A stretch of 64,000 bases of DNA from Selaginella moellendorffii. Its lineage: Eukaryota; Plantae; Lycopodiophyta. The notes under the pieces are model-generated. The model was not told the DNA's origin and searched no databases. It was given only the letters and a program-made list of their open reading frames with translations. The position numbers were made by a program, and so were the translations under genes. Positions 23,675-35,794 of the stretch are shown here, one piece after another; positions within the stretch are counted from its first letter, which is position 1; every line of letters begins with the position of its first letter. The DNA lies in assembly GCF_000143415.4 (NCBI RefSeq), contig NW_003314404.1:248036-312035 (forward strand). Direction: 5' to 3'.

Positions 23675-26600
23675 ATGGCCTTCAGGGTTGGGGAAAAGGT
23701 TTACATTTTGAATGGTGGGAAGAGAGTTGCAAAAGGGACCCTTGTGTCTATGGATCGGAACTTTGTTATACACTGTCAAAGGCTTGGGGAAGGCAATGCT
23801 GCTGTATCAGTAGAGACTGTCTTCGATGGGAATGTGGTCGCTATTGAACGAGGAGAGATGGTCGTCGGGGTAAATGTTGTTGTTGCCTTGAAAAATCTTC
23901 AAAAGAAAGCAGATGTTGGGGACAGCGCAAGTGCAACGCATGTTCCCTCCGTGGATCTTAAGAACCGTGCTACATGGATTCAGGCAAAAGTGTTTCTAAA
24001 CAACCCCGAGGGGGAGGTGGTAGCTGAGGGCTTAGCCACAGTTGTCGATCCAAGAGATGCGGTTGCTAATCAAGAATTGGGCTGGGATGATATTGGAGTT
24101 GCGATTTTAGAGGTTGTTGACACAGAAGAAAACAGTCTGACTATTGGAAGCATTGTGTGGTGGAAATTGAGGCACTTAGTGTTTGAGAATGTGAAGGATT
24201 CACAATCAAACACCACTACAACTGATGACAGAACATCTCTTCATGGGAAAAGAAAGTACACCTTCCTAAAGCGCAGCCAAAGGGATCTGAGCAACGAACC
24301 GAAAAGGCAAAAAATGGCGATGGAGGTTCGAATGGTCTCGACAGTTGCTTGTTGCAAGAGGAGGTGCTGTCAACATGCTGATTGGGATGCTATTGAAGAG
24401 AGAGAGCAAGATACAAGACATTGTCCTGGAAGGCAGCTCGCAATTTTGTGTATGAGGCATTACGGTCATCTGTTGATGCTTCAGAACATCAGGTGGGGGG
24501 CATGGTCTTCCAGAGGGGTTTGGTCTGCATGAAGGCATGGAGAATCATTTATGGAGTCCCTCGAACCACATTCTACAGAATCAAAACTGAGTTCGAGGAA
24601 CAAAGGGTTCAACAGGCAGTCCATGGGAACGACGGTATGCACAAAACCAGGGGTCATGTTGTATATGGAGAGGCAATCTTCAAGAGGTTTGTCGAGACAT
24701 GTAGCGAGCAGCAACCACATAAAACCCGCCTCTTGGAAGATGGAACACGAGACACCCAACGAGTTCTCCCTTCCATGTATACCAAGGGGGCCATATTGGA
24801 AGATGTGAATCGGGAACTCTAGAGTAATGGCTACAGGAAGCTGAGCCAATCTAGATTTAGTAGATTGTGGAGCAACAGGTTCAGGGATGTGAGTATAGGA
24901 AAGTACTCCAGCTTTTCAAAGTGTGACGAGTGCACTGCTATCAAAATGGCTTTGTCGAAGAATTCTTGCAGCGCTCAAGAGCGAGAGAGTTGGTTAGAAG
25001 GCGGCTCGACCACAACATCGAGCAGAGAAGCTGCAGGACTGCATATTATCATAACAGGATTCTCTCCATGGAGAGACCTGACTCTTACCTCTGCATCATC
25101 CACGACAAAATGGACCAGAAAAAGACGTGCTTACCTCGACTCAATCTTGCCCCCAAGGCAATCTCTTCATCCATGCAGCTGCCTGTGTCTCTGTTTGGCA
25201 TAATCGCTCATGGGCATGGTGCCCAGAACTATGGGAACTTCTTTGTACCTCTATGGGGTGGCGGGGGTGCAAACATGATGATTGCGTCCCTAGCAAAACA
25301 CTTAAGGTCTCTGCAAAGTGCGTAGACTGAGCTGAACGGCCAACCCTTGCATAAGGCCCTTGTCGATCGAACCCCATACAGGGTTCAGCTGGAGGAGGAG
25401 CAAAGGCTTGCAGTATCGCGTGGGGCCCCATGCCATCCCAGTGAATATGTTGGCTGTCAGATTGTAGGGTTATCACGTGAGGCCTCATGCCATTCCGACG
25501 AGGCTGGTCGCCCGGTGAATGCACAGCCTCATCCAAACGAAGCAGAATCTCAAGGAAGTTTTTGCGGCCGATGTGGCCTTCCACCCCATCTTCTGCTCCA
25601 AACAGACAATGCTGGCAGTGAGAACAAAAACATGTACGTCTTCGCGTACTTGGCGATGCTTGTTGCCAAAGGCATATTTGAAACGGTTACACTTGGCTTT
25701 CTCATGGTTGGGCACACTCATGAAGACGTCGATGCCATGTTCAGTCACCTGGCAGAGTCCCTCCGGCGATCCAATGTCCTCACCCTCCCACAACTCTACG
25801 ATGAATTCCAAAATTGCATCAAAGGCACTGTTGAAGCTGCACTTCTGACAGAGGTTCCAGACTTTAAGGGGTTTGTAAGAGGCTACATCAGGGACGGATC
25901 CGAAACGCTGATTGGCCACTCCAAGCCTCTTCAGTTTCATTTCAGCATGTGTGACGGTGCTCCAGTGATGAGGTACAAGATGAGAGAATGGGACACAGTG
26001 TGGCTGCCAGTGGACGGCATTGAACTCTTCAAGAGAGATCCCATAACTGGGGAACCTATGATTCCTCAGGGTTCCCCACGGCCGATGCACCCGGATGGAC
26101 TCAAAGACCAGGAAAGTATAGTGGCCGGGATTAGACAGCATATTGCCTTCTGGAAGAGGGGGTTGGTGTTTGGTGGAGAATCCTATTTTCAGAGGTGCAA
26201 GCCTTTACTCGAATACTGGGAGAAGATTATATCTGCTATCCAAAATGGGCCGGTTGTATATGAAGAATTGGAAGAGTCCTTTTGGCCAGAACCCAGAGCA
26301 CTAGATAGTAGCGGAACAATGTCCTCTGGAAATGCAGTGACAGATAACGATGTTGAGGATCACTATTATGGGCCGAGGAACAAGAAGCCGGATTCAGCAT
26401 TCAATCCAGTACAGGTTTGCAAAGGAATGGTCGTGCTTGTCAGACCCAGTAATAAAAAACAAATGATATGGGTGGGGCGCTGCATCACTAATGCAAAGGA
26501 GGACGCGGAAACTAACTCCTTCAATGTAACTGTGGAGTGGTTCAAGCCAAGTTCCGGATATACGAACGATTGCCTAGAAAAGAGATGGGTGCTGAATCCA

Positions 26601-26814
26601 AGGGATCCCAGCATGAGCATATCGGTGGATAATGTTGTGCATGGTTGGATGCGGAAGCAGAGTGCCACCATCACCTTGCCAGACCATGCAAGAGATGCAG
26701 CAAGAGCATTCATAACCCGGGTTCAAGGTGAGATTCATTAATATTCCTTTACTAAGTTTCTAATGTATTTTATTTCAAGGTGAACAATCCGAATCTGAAT
26801 CAGAGGAGGCGTGA
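23675..26814 (+). pseudogene. Sola1-like DDD transposase, disrupted
   Basis: KCDEC, IIHDKMDQKK..LP, LLQTDNAGSENKN and FLMVGHTHEDVDAMFS motifs. Frameshifts at ~24410 and ~25000, in-frame TAG at 24820 and 25323. Terminal intron 26729-26779, last exon ends TGA at ~26814. Confidence 0.8.
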
Positions 26815-27451
26815 TGGCATGTGGCCTTACGCCATTCCTAGGTGAGATGATACAAATAACAAGTATAAATTCTTAGTTGTTCTAGCAAATCTTACTTAAA
26901 GTTCAAGGTGAACAAGCCGAATATGAATTCATCGGATTGTTATAACAAATTGCGAGGTGATGGCATGAGGCGATACGCCATTTGAGAGTGGTAGCCATTC
27001 CTATATGAGGTGAGTGAAGTATTTATTAGAAATACCTCATTCAATTGTGCACTTCTAAGTCTTGGTCCACTTAGTACTGTTTGCATGTTTTTATTTTAAT
27101 TCTTTCTCTAAAATGTTATTTAGCATGTGGCTTCATGCCATTGCTCTCCACAATCATGCATTGAATTTCTATCCTTGCATAATACTTCTCCATATATATA
27201 GCATGTGCGCACATGTGATATGGTTCATTAGGCCTGATATAGTGTGTGAGGTAAAACAAAGATGATGTGACATATGCATTTACCAATCACACGTGCATAA
27301 ATCTAATAATATGGCGTGTGGCCCATATTAATGGCACATAAACCCATATTGTGGGCTTACGTGCTTTATGTACCATCATTCCCTTGCAGCGTGTGTGTTG
27401 GTTTCCTTTTATAACACAACGAACTCCATATTTTAGGGTGAAGAGCGTTCT

Positions 27452-27710
27452 CATGGCAAGCACAAAATCTGTAAGTGAGGCAGAAAAGGAGATGGAGAAG
27501 GAGATAGGTGAAGATGTAGAATATATAAGTCTTCCAAACTCCCCGTACTATACTCCAGGTGATCATTTTTCTGAACAAACGGCAACATTAACAACTATCG
27601 AGAACGCCCCAGTAACGTCAGAGACAACAATCCAAAGCAAAACAACTGACCCGGAGAAGGATGATAGTACCGCTGAGAGTACCAAAAAGGAGGTGTCCAC
27701 TAGCGCTTAG
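27452..27710 (+). CDS. Small acidic Ser/Thr-rich ORF or exon inside the transposon, unknown function
   Basis: Open frame after a TTTTAG acceptor-like site (27436), flanked by dyads. No recognisable domain. Confidence 0.25.
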
Positions 27711-29109
27711 GCTTATAATGGCGTGTGCCCTCATGCCATTTACTTGATCACCAAATACCTTTTTCCCTTTGCACTAGTATATCTTAATACCGGTCTGAGA
27801 AATAGAATGGCATGTGCCCTCAGGCCTTTTACTAAATCACCTTTGAAAAAAATACAAGCCTCTATGTCGTAAAAAAAAGGTACTAGAGAAATTCCTTAAT
27901 AATATGAATGTTATTTAGTTTCATGAAAATACACTAAGGGTCAAATGAGTTAAATGACTTCTCCAGACTAGCAATGCCTCTTGCTACACCTTCACAATTA
28001 GATTCGTTAGAAAAAGATAACATTGAATAATATCTAAATGTTCTCACCATTAAGTTATATGTCTGGCTAATAGGAATGATGTTCATCTTGGAAAGCTCAC
28101 CACACGCTCAATGAACAAACAAATAGTGTGTGCGCGCATGCCATCGCTCTTCTTTAGCTTCAGATTCGGCTTGTTCACCTTGACAATGAGATTTATTATA
28201 CAACTAGATGGACTCAGTCTGGACATAAGGTCACCGCGCTAGTCACCATGCCCCAGATATGTCTAGCCCCTGGACAAAAAACATATAATTTCACGTCATT
28301 TTCAAATACTTGAAAATTTGTACCTAGTCCCATTTTACTGAATAAATCCCACTTTAACGAAATAGAGCATATCACAGTTTTGTCTCTCAAAGACTAGGCC
28401 ATCCGTCCATGAGTGATCATTTTATATCCACTCCTTAGCATCCTCAGGATGCTTACAGACATGGGGAACAACCTTCCCCAATATCCTTTTTACAGTCCCT
28501 ACTAAGTCCCTTTCTTATCCATGGCCGTATTCGCCAACATTGCCACTGGGACAAAGCCCACAAGCCTAACCATTAAGTCCCACTGCCCTCTGGGGCTTCC
28601 TCACCACATGACCGTATCCATGATCACTACACCAGAGAACCACTCCTATTCCTTTCCATGGTCTGGGGCTTTGGGACAACATTTCGGAACACCATAGCAC
28701 TACACGAGCCTCATGGGTATTCTCCCCACCTTCCACCTTTGGGTGCTTTAGCCATGGGCTTAGAGGAAGGTTTTGTTAAGCCATGCCAGGCATCCAAGTA
28801 AGTAGTGCCACCCATGTTTGTACTGGAAGCATTGACCATTCAATTTCCCGGGGGAACTAGAGCTAACTCTTGAACACTTCACCAAGCTACCCCACTTGTC
28901 TGTCCATATTCACTCTAGCCTTGGATTTCCCAATGGTTATCCCATCACTTAACACTTGGGTATGGCCTTTCCTAGCCAAATTGGCTCCACTAAAGTCCAA
29001 CCCCCCCACACTCTCCCTACTATACTTTTGGAACCTCTTGTAGCGCGCCCCCCCCCCCCCCCCCAGGGGACGATCGTTTTGGGCTTTCACCCAACAGCTT
29101 GTATTAGTA

Positions 29110-29440
29110 TTCGGACTCGGACTTGGTCTCGGTCTTGGCTTCGGACTCGGACTCGGTCTCAGTCTCGGTCTCGGTCTTGGTTCCATCTCGGACTCCATCT
29201 CAAACTCCATCTCGAACTCCATCTCGGGTCCATCTCGGACTCCATCTTGAACTCCATCTTGGACTCTATCTCAGACTCCATCTTGGGTCCATCTAACACT
29301 TCATCTCAGGTCCATCTCGGACTCCATCTCAGACTCCATCTCGGGTCCATCTCGGGTCTATCTTGAACTCCATCTCAGACTCCATCTTGGGTCCATCTCG
29401 GACTCTATCTTGAGCCTATCTCGAACTCCATCTCAGACTC
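29110..29440. repeat. Hexamer/12-mer tandem array (CTCGGA/CTCCAT) within LTR B, preceded by a poly-C run at ~29048-29064
   Basis: Direct reading. Confidence 0.85.
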
Positions 29441-29669
29441 TTTTATGTGTCATGTGTTGGTCCTCTTGTGTCCCTTTTTTAGAGACTCACTTATTGCTCG
29501 CTTTGTGCTTGTTCCTTGAGCGCTTCGTTAGGAGTTCCACTCTTGCTCTTGACCTTTCAAATCAGAGCTTTTAGTCCAAACGTGTTACGCTTGTTTGGTT
29601 TTCACTTTAGCCACTACCACATAACACCTTTTCGGCTCCACTTTGGAGCTTAGGGATTTGTGTCTCACA

Positions 29670-32450
29670 ATTACTTCCTTCTATGTTTCCATCTTGTTCC
29701 ACTCTTCCCTTTTTCGATCCCTCTGACGGTTTTTGTGTTCCAATGGTTGACTTGCTCATGAAGGAGTATGCCGATCTCTTTGAATTTGACCTATTTTTTG
29801 AGGCCAAGATTGCCACATATCATCTGATTTCAACTAAGGATGCTTGTACAATCAAGGTTTTTATTTGTCGTTGGTCACCCAAAGAAATCAAGATTTCAAA
29901 TGCAAATATCAAAAAGATGTTGGAAAATGGTGTTATTCAAAAGTCGTAAAGTCCTTGGACATATGAACCTCATCTAGTGACAAAGCCTGATGGGAGTATT
30001 TGTTTCTATATTGACTATAATCCATTAAATAAAGTGACAATCCTAGATATGTACCCTCTTCCTCACACTGTTGATCTCTTGGATTGTCTAGGGAAAAGTC
30101 GTTAGTTCACCAAGCTAAATCTTACTTCTAAATACTAGCAAATACCAATGGCTAAAAAAGATATTCTTAAAATAAATTTTCATATATCATTTAGTTTGTA
30201 CAAGTTCTTAATGATGCCGTTTGGTTTGAACAATGCTCCAGTGACTTTCCAGCAGAGGTTCTTTATGATATGCCGAAAGTGATTGCTGAATTCATTGATG
30301 ATGTTTTGATTCATTTGAAGGGGACATGGGAGGAATATGTCTCTGATATTCGTAAAGTGTTGGATTGGCTACGAGAAGTTGGTTTAAAACTGAAGCAATT
30401 GAAATGCGTGTTTGGGTCCAAGGACACGACTTATCTTGGGTTCCGTATTTCTTATGAAAGCTTGCAAGTTGATCTTAACAAACTTGTGGCTATTTTAAAG
30501 TTCCCTACTTTGAAGTGTATGAATGATGTGCAACGCTTCCTAAACAAAGTGTAGTATCTTAGTCGTTTTGTGGATCATCTTTCTGATCACATTGCACCAT
30601 TGCGAGCATTGCTAAAGTTATCAACATCATCTTTTATTTGGTTTGCAAACTGTGAGTAGGCATTCATGTATTTCAAAGAACTATTGACAACTCTTTCAGT
30701 TTTGGCATATCCTAATTATACTCGATCTTCATTTTGCGCGGGGATGCTTTTGATATTGGTCTTGGAGGTGTGTTGATGCAAGAGAGCCCGAATATGCCTG
30801 CTCAATGCCATCCCATTGCATATATAAACTATACATTACAATTAGTAGAAGAGAACTACTCTACAACAAAAGAGTGTTTAGTAGCAATCTGAGAAACTTT
30901 ATGCATATCTACATGGTTCTTGGACGTTATTGGAAGGTGATTATGCTGCCATTACTTCATTATTAAAGCAAAAAAACCTAGTTGGTCATACTACTCAATG
31001 GGCTTTGAAGCTTTAGATATATAATTTTGATGTTGTTCATTGCCTGGGGAGTTCTATGGCTAATGCTAATGCCCTTTCTCGAACTCCTCTTCCTTTTTCA
31101 CTCTCTTCTCATATTTTTGATGAGCCTATTATTCTAGCATTTATTGTGGATTTAGAAGCTTCGAGATGAGTTTGAGAATCCTGCATCACTTGTTAATGAC
31201 TTGCCATTCTGGCATTTACATTCTGAATATCACTTTGAAAATAGCCTTCTTTATTTTGTGGGGACAAATCCTAATGATCATTTATTGCTAGTGGTGCCTT
31301 CAATCTTTATTCCACGGTTTCTCTATGTTTACCATGACTCTGTTATTCTAGGCGGCCATATAGGACATCATCGTGTGACCAAGAAGCTGCATAAGTCTTT
31401 GTATTAACCAAAGATGCAACGTAATGTTATTTGGTATATGCATAGCTGTATTTGGTGCCAAACTCGTAATACTCCCCCTCATGCTGCAAAAGGACAACTA
31501 GAGTCAGTTGCAATTTCCCATCCATTTAAATTGGTGGTGTTTGATCTTATGGGAGTTTTTCACAATCAACTACTAGCAATGAGTATATTATTATTGCTTC
31601 TAACTATTTGACTCATTGGGTGGAAGTTAGTGTTTTTGCTAGCATCTCTGCAATTGTTGTTGGATACTTCCTCCTTAATTGAGTTGTGTTTTAGCATTCT
31701 TGTCCAAAGCAGATTCTTTTAGATAATGGTCCCATATTTATGGCTAAAACATTTCATGTTTTGACATCTCGGTTTGGGATATGCCACACTTTCACTAGTG
31801 CTTATCATCCATAATCAGACGGTTTGGTGGAATGGCTTATTCAAACATTCAAAAGGATGATCACGAAATACGTAAACTTTCAGCATTCAGATTATGATGG
31901 TTATTTGCTGTCTCTTTGGTATGCATATATCACAAGGGTGTAGAGTTCTGTTAGCGCTTCATTATATAAACTTCTATATAGTTATGATCTAATATTACCA
32001 ATGGAGTTGGGTTTACCTTCATAATTGTCACGAGCTGCCGATGCTAAGTTATGGGATCAGTATTTGACAAGCATTCTTCCACTTATCCGAGTAAAGTCTA
32101 CCAAACACCTAGGCTACATACAATTGAGACAATAATAGCACAATAACTCCTATTATCATCCAACTGCAGAGTACAAAGTAGATGACTTAGTATTAGTCTA
32201 TTTTCCCCATTTTATGGTGTGTGGTTTATCTAAAAAGCTCCTTGCTTAGTGGAAGGGATTATATCAGGTGTTGCAACATGTTAGACTGCAAGTTTATGAT
32301 GTTTAACATGATGTCCAACAGGCTGATCCTCTAGAAATTGTGTATGTGTAGCAGTTGAAACACTTCATACAAAGGGATTAGGAACAATTGGTACCACCTA
32401 CAGATCCACTGATGCCTCCTTCTGATGTTCCTCTGGATCCCGACTCATCT
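29670..32450 (+). mobile_element. Degenerate RT-RNaseH-integrase of gypsy family A
   Basis: MPFGL.NAP, FIDDVL, H...GH Zn-finger C..CQ, AYHP.SDGLVE-like motifs, with many stops. Confidence 0.8.
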
Positions 32451-33320
32451 ACAAGAAAACTCCTTGTCCTTGGACTTGAGCCATAATAGCATCAACTTCC
32501 ATTAAAATAAAACCATCGCACACAAAAAATGGAGTTGAAAGACGTGCGGTAAGAAGTGGAAGAGGAAACATCTCATAACGTTGTGTCAAATGAAGAGCAT
32601 CATCAATGGTGGCTAGAGCAAGTACATACACAATTTTGACAAGATCAAGATAGTCCTAGCTTGATTTGCTGTAACATATTTCGCTCCCCACAAAGCGAGA
32701 AGCTTTAGAAACGAATTTCAAATTGCATCACTGACTCAAATGGCCTTTGATGAGGATGATACAATTATTAAAAGGCATTATCACAATCGTTAGTATATCC
32801 GAATGCGCGTTTGAAAATATCTAAGAGAACACTCTAATCCCCACAAGTGATTGTGCTCAAAATTGTACCACGTGTTATGAATATTGCCATCAACTGAGTT
32901 TAGTTGTTCAATTGCAACTACATAGTATTAAGCAATTGCACAAATTGCTACTTCAGAGTCAAAGAAGGAGGAGACTATTGCTTTGCCCTGAAGATGAATA
33001 AAAAGGAAAGAGCAAAAGAAGAGAAATAAGAAAAAGTTAAAAGGAAAGGGAGATCTAAACCAAAATCTTAAAAAGAAAGAATAAAAGAAAGAAAATGGAA
33101 AAAGTTAAATCTAAATAATGCAAAAGTTAAATTTAAACCAAAATCCCAAATCCAAGCACTCTCAAGGACAATAAAAAGTGCTCTTCATCTCCACTAATGT
33201 GAGTGCATGAAATAAAGAAAAAGAATACAAAAAATATGCATATCAATTAACCCAAAGATATTAATTTATATATAGGAGTAAGTGGTCCAAATTGAAACCA
33301 ATCCAATGGCTACCACCTCA
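32450..33320 (-). mobile_element. Inverted 5' fragment (LTR, PBS, deleted gag) of gypsy family A
   Basis: Reverse complement of 4733-5218 and of ~5600-5830. Confidence 0.75.
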
Positions 33321-33719
33321 TAACATGAAAAAACAAATATTTCTTTTTCAATAGTAAATTATTAATATTTTTTGCTCAAATTAAATTCTGAATAACATAA
33401 ATGAAAAATTTCAAAGAGATCTTATTTAAATCTTACTCATATTAGCTCATTTTACAACACCTTGATGCCAGTGATGGCTACTTATTTCTTTCAGATTTAT
33501 CTTGATCAGTTTTACAGTTAAAAGTGATTCTGCAGTGCTTAAAGATTACCTTTGCTCTTGGGAGCAAACTTGGATGGGCACACTGAAAATGCAAGCCGCC
33601 GTGCGGCAAATGCGAGAGTGAAACGCTCCTCTTCGGTGAGCAATCTCTCAATCACTTTAACCGTTTGATCGACATTAAAGATATTGATTCTTTATAGGAT
33701 TTGAGGTAGGATATATCAA

Positions 33720-35790
33720 TTATTGATGATTCTTTTTGCACTTGTTATGAAGTGAGTTATATTTTATTATGCATAGATGGATTTATGGAGGATTTGTTTG
33801 GTGATCACTTATTAAGCATAGCTTTGTTGTGTTTAGCTTTTGGATTGATGTAAAAATACTTTTCATTAGCTTTACATTATGAAGTTTAACTTATATATGT
33901 GTTGAGGATATTGTGCGTTACTTCTTTAGCATTGAAATTAGTTCATACAAGACTTATGATCATTGTTAGGCAAGACTTGGCTATAAACTTCTTCAACCTT
34001 TTGGTTTTTTGAGTTTTATATTTATTGTTTAATTTATTAGAAGTTGTTGGGGAAGGCATTTTTGGTTTATTAACTTTGATATTGAAGTTAGTATTTACAT
34101 CTGATAATCATTAGTGATGATTAATTATCATTTAAGATAATTGATTATTCTTGTCAAAAGTTTTTCTTAATTATTGTTGATTTAGAATGATTTGTCGTTC
34201 TTTAAGATGGTGGATTCTTTTTTTGACAATGATTATATATGTCTTTATTAATGGGATGATTGATGGTCTTTCATGATAGTTAATTATTCTCTTTGATGGC
34301 TTTTGGCTTTTCATATTACCACATATTCTTTATGGTTTGGTTTGGTTTAGCTTTTTGGGTTTGAGATATTGGTAGAATGTTGCTAACGCTTGTTTAAGCA
34401 ATTTAAGTTCCTTTGTATTATTGATTAAGATTAATTTAAGCTAGCTAATGTGATAGTTGGCATAAATAAGTATTTGTTAGTCTTGCCACATTCATTTTGT
34501 TCTATTGATTATTTTTATAGTTAGTTTTAATAGATTGGATATTATTTCCTTTGGATGATACATTCACGAGCATTTTACTTACCAATCAATGATACTTTCT
34601 GTTCTTTGAGTTATTTTACGTAAGTTGTTTAGCATATTATTTGCAATCTTCAATAGTTTAGTTTTATTATTGAGTTTTGTTAATGATATACTAGGTATTG
34701 AATTTTGTTTAATAGTGATAATGATCTTGGTGGTTTTTGTACTCTAATACTGGTTTATTGGATGATAAATTACTTAGAAAACTTTTAATCTAAGATTTAT
34801 TCATTGATATTTAAGTCTTTAATATATCATTATCTATGACTTTAATATTATCCATCTCTTGATCTTTCCATTTGAAGGCAAATTGGCTTCGGCACTTTGT
34901 GTGCATTATGAAATCTTTAATTATGGGGTAGCTACTATCACCTGCCTCTCTATTGATGTCCCTTATATCATTAAAAGGGTGTGACCATGTGAACAACTCT
35001 AATTGCTTATTTACAATACTCTATCTAAACTTTATTGACTAGTTTAATTTCTTTGCTCATAAAGGTTAAAGTTTATAGCTTCTCTCTTTATGTCACATGT
35101 GGGTAGGGATATATCACTCTTTTGTAAGTTAAATGACACAAGAGTAGCAAGGGTGGCTAACTTTGTTAGTCATTTTTTTGTCAATGATGACCAGAAGGTG
35201 TCTAACTTTGTAATGCATTTGTGTTAGACAACAAGGTTACCCTAAATCATAAGTTGGTGCATTTCTCATATAGTGTCATCACTGTGAAATTTTTCTAAAG
35301 TTGTTTCCTTGGTAATGGTCTAGACTACAGTGCGCATCGATGAAAATGTTGATCTTCCCTAAGAAGGGGAAAGTGTCACGAATAAAATTACATGTATTGA
35401 AAATTACTTATTAATTAGTCCTTTTGAATATTTTTTCCTTATTACCACAATAGTGAAAGGTTGGTATTGTTAGTTCTTTTTTCAACCCCTCTTGTTCAAG
35501 TGTTAGTAAATTAGGCTTAAGATTTGTACTTAGCCAAATGAATAACTTTTATGCATTTTTTGTTAAGCATACTCAATTTGGCTTTAGTTCTCTTTTACTT
35601 TATATTGTAGTGGCTTGACAAAAACCCTTGTGTATTGAGATTAATCCCTCAATATTGCCAAATGATAATTTATCATGTCTACTAAACACCTTCACTCACC
35701 CTATGTGTTAATCTTGTTCAGTCCTAATTACTATTTATTGAAAGTGGGGGGGCGGGGGGAGGGGGTGGGGGGGTTGTGAGATAGTAGGGA
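33720..35790 (+). mobile_element. Highly decayed Ty1/copia-like remnant ending in a G-rich PPT and a TG LTR stub
   Basis: AT-rich. KH.../..TK.L RNase H-like traces at ~35560-35700, poly-G at 35745-35773. Confidence 0.4.
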
Positions 35791-35794
35791 TAAT

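Larger units (their letters stand above)
14846..28144. repeat. About 30 dispersed copies of 22-bp dyad ATGGCRTG-N6-CAYGCCAT
   Basis: Copies start at 14846, 15923, 15998, 17240, 17431, 17572, 19044, 20321, 20381, 20458, 21237, 21372, 21531, 21610, 22474, 22546, 22582, 23197, 23295, 23465, 23501, 23571, 25415, 25472, 26814, 26960, 27120, 27311, 27718, 27807, 28123 (some partial). Confidence 0.92.
14492..28368. mobile_element. 13.9-kb cargo-carrying TIR DNA transposon with Sola1-like transposase
   Basis: Perfect 22-bp TIRs GCTCTATTTCGTTAAAGTGGGA (14492-14513 and 28347-28368). Flanks ACATCAAA/ATATCACA. The empty site is seen in the paralogous LTR at ~6800-6820. Confidence 0.92.
6531..29669 (-). 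mobile_element. LTR retroelement (family B) inserted in gypsy A; 3' LTR 6531-6976 (internally deleted), 5' LTR 14257-29669 (split by the DNA transposon)
   Basis: Both LTRs start TGTAA(G/A)TGAC and end GTGTCTCACA on the + strand. 5-bp TSD ATTAT/ATTAC at 6526-6530 and 29670-29674. PBS-like TGGTATAGAAG on the - strand at ~14243-14253, PPT-like GGGTGGTGGAGT at 6977-6988. The same LTR start recurs at 63971. Confidence 0.75.

Noticed and set aside
24820-25325. Programmed readthrough or RNA editing of the TAG stops in the transposase
   Set aside because: Accompanying frameshifts and TSD mismatches indicate ordinary mutational decay, and plant C/U editing is organellar.
14846-28144. CRISPR-like array from the palindromic repeats
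   Set aside because: Spacing is irregular (tens of bp to kb), copies lie in introns and exons, no cas genes are present, and the context is eukaryotic.
28887-29366. Pro/Arg/Ser-repeat ORFs
   Set aside because: Translations of the LTR tandem array.
4733-33320. Giant 28-kb element with ~480-bp terminal inverted repeats
   Set aside because: Both repeats are followed inward by PBS-like and gag sequence, and a third copy follows a PPT. They are LTRs of one family in opposite orientation, and there is no TSD.
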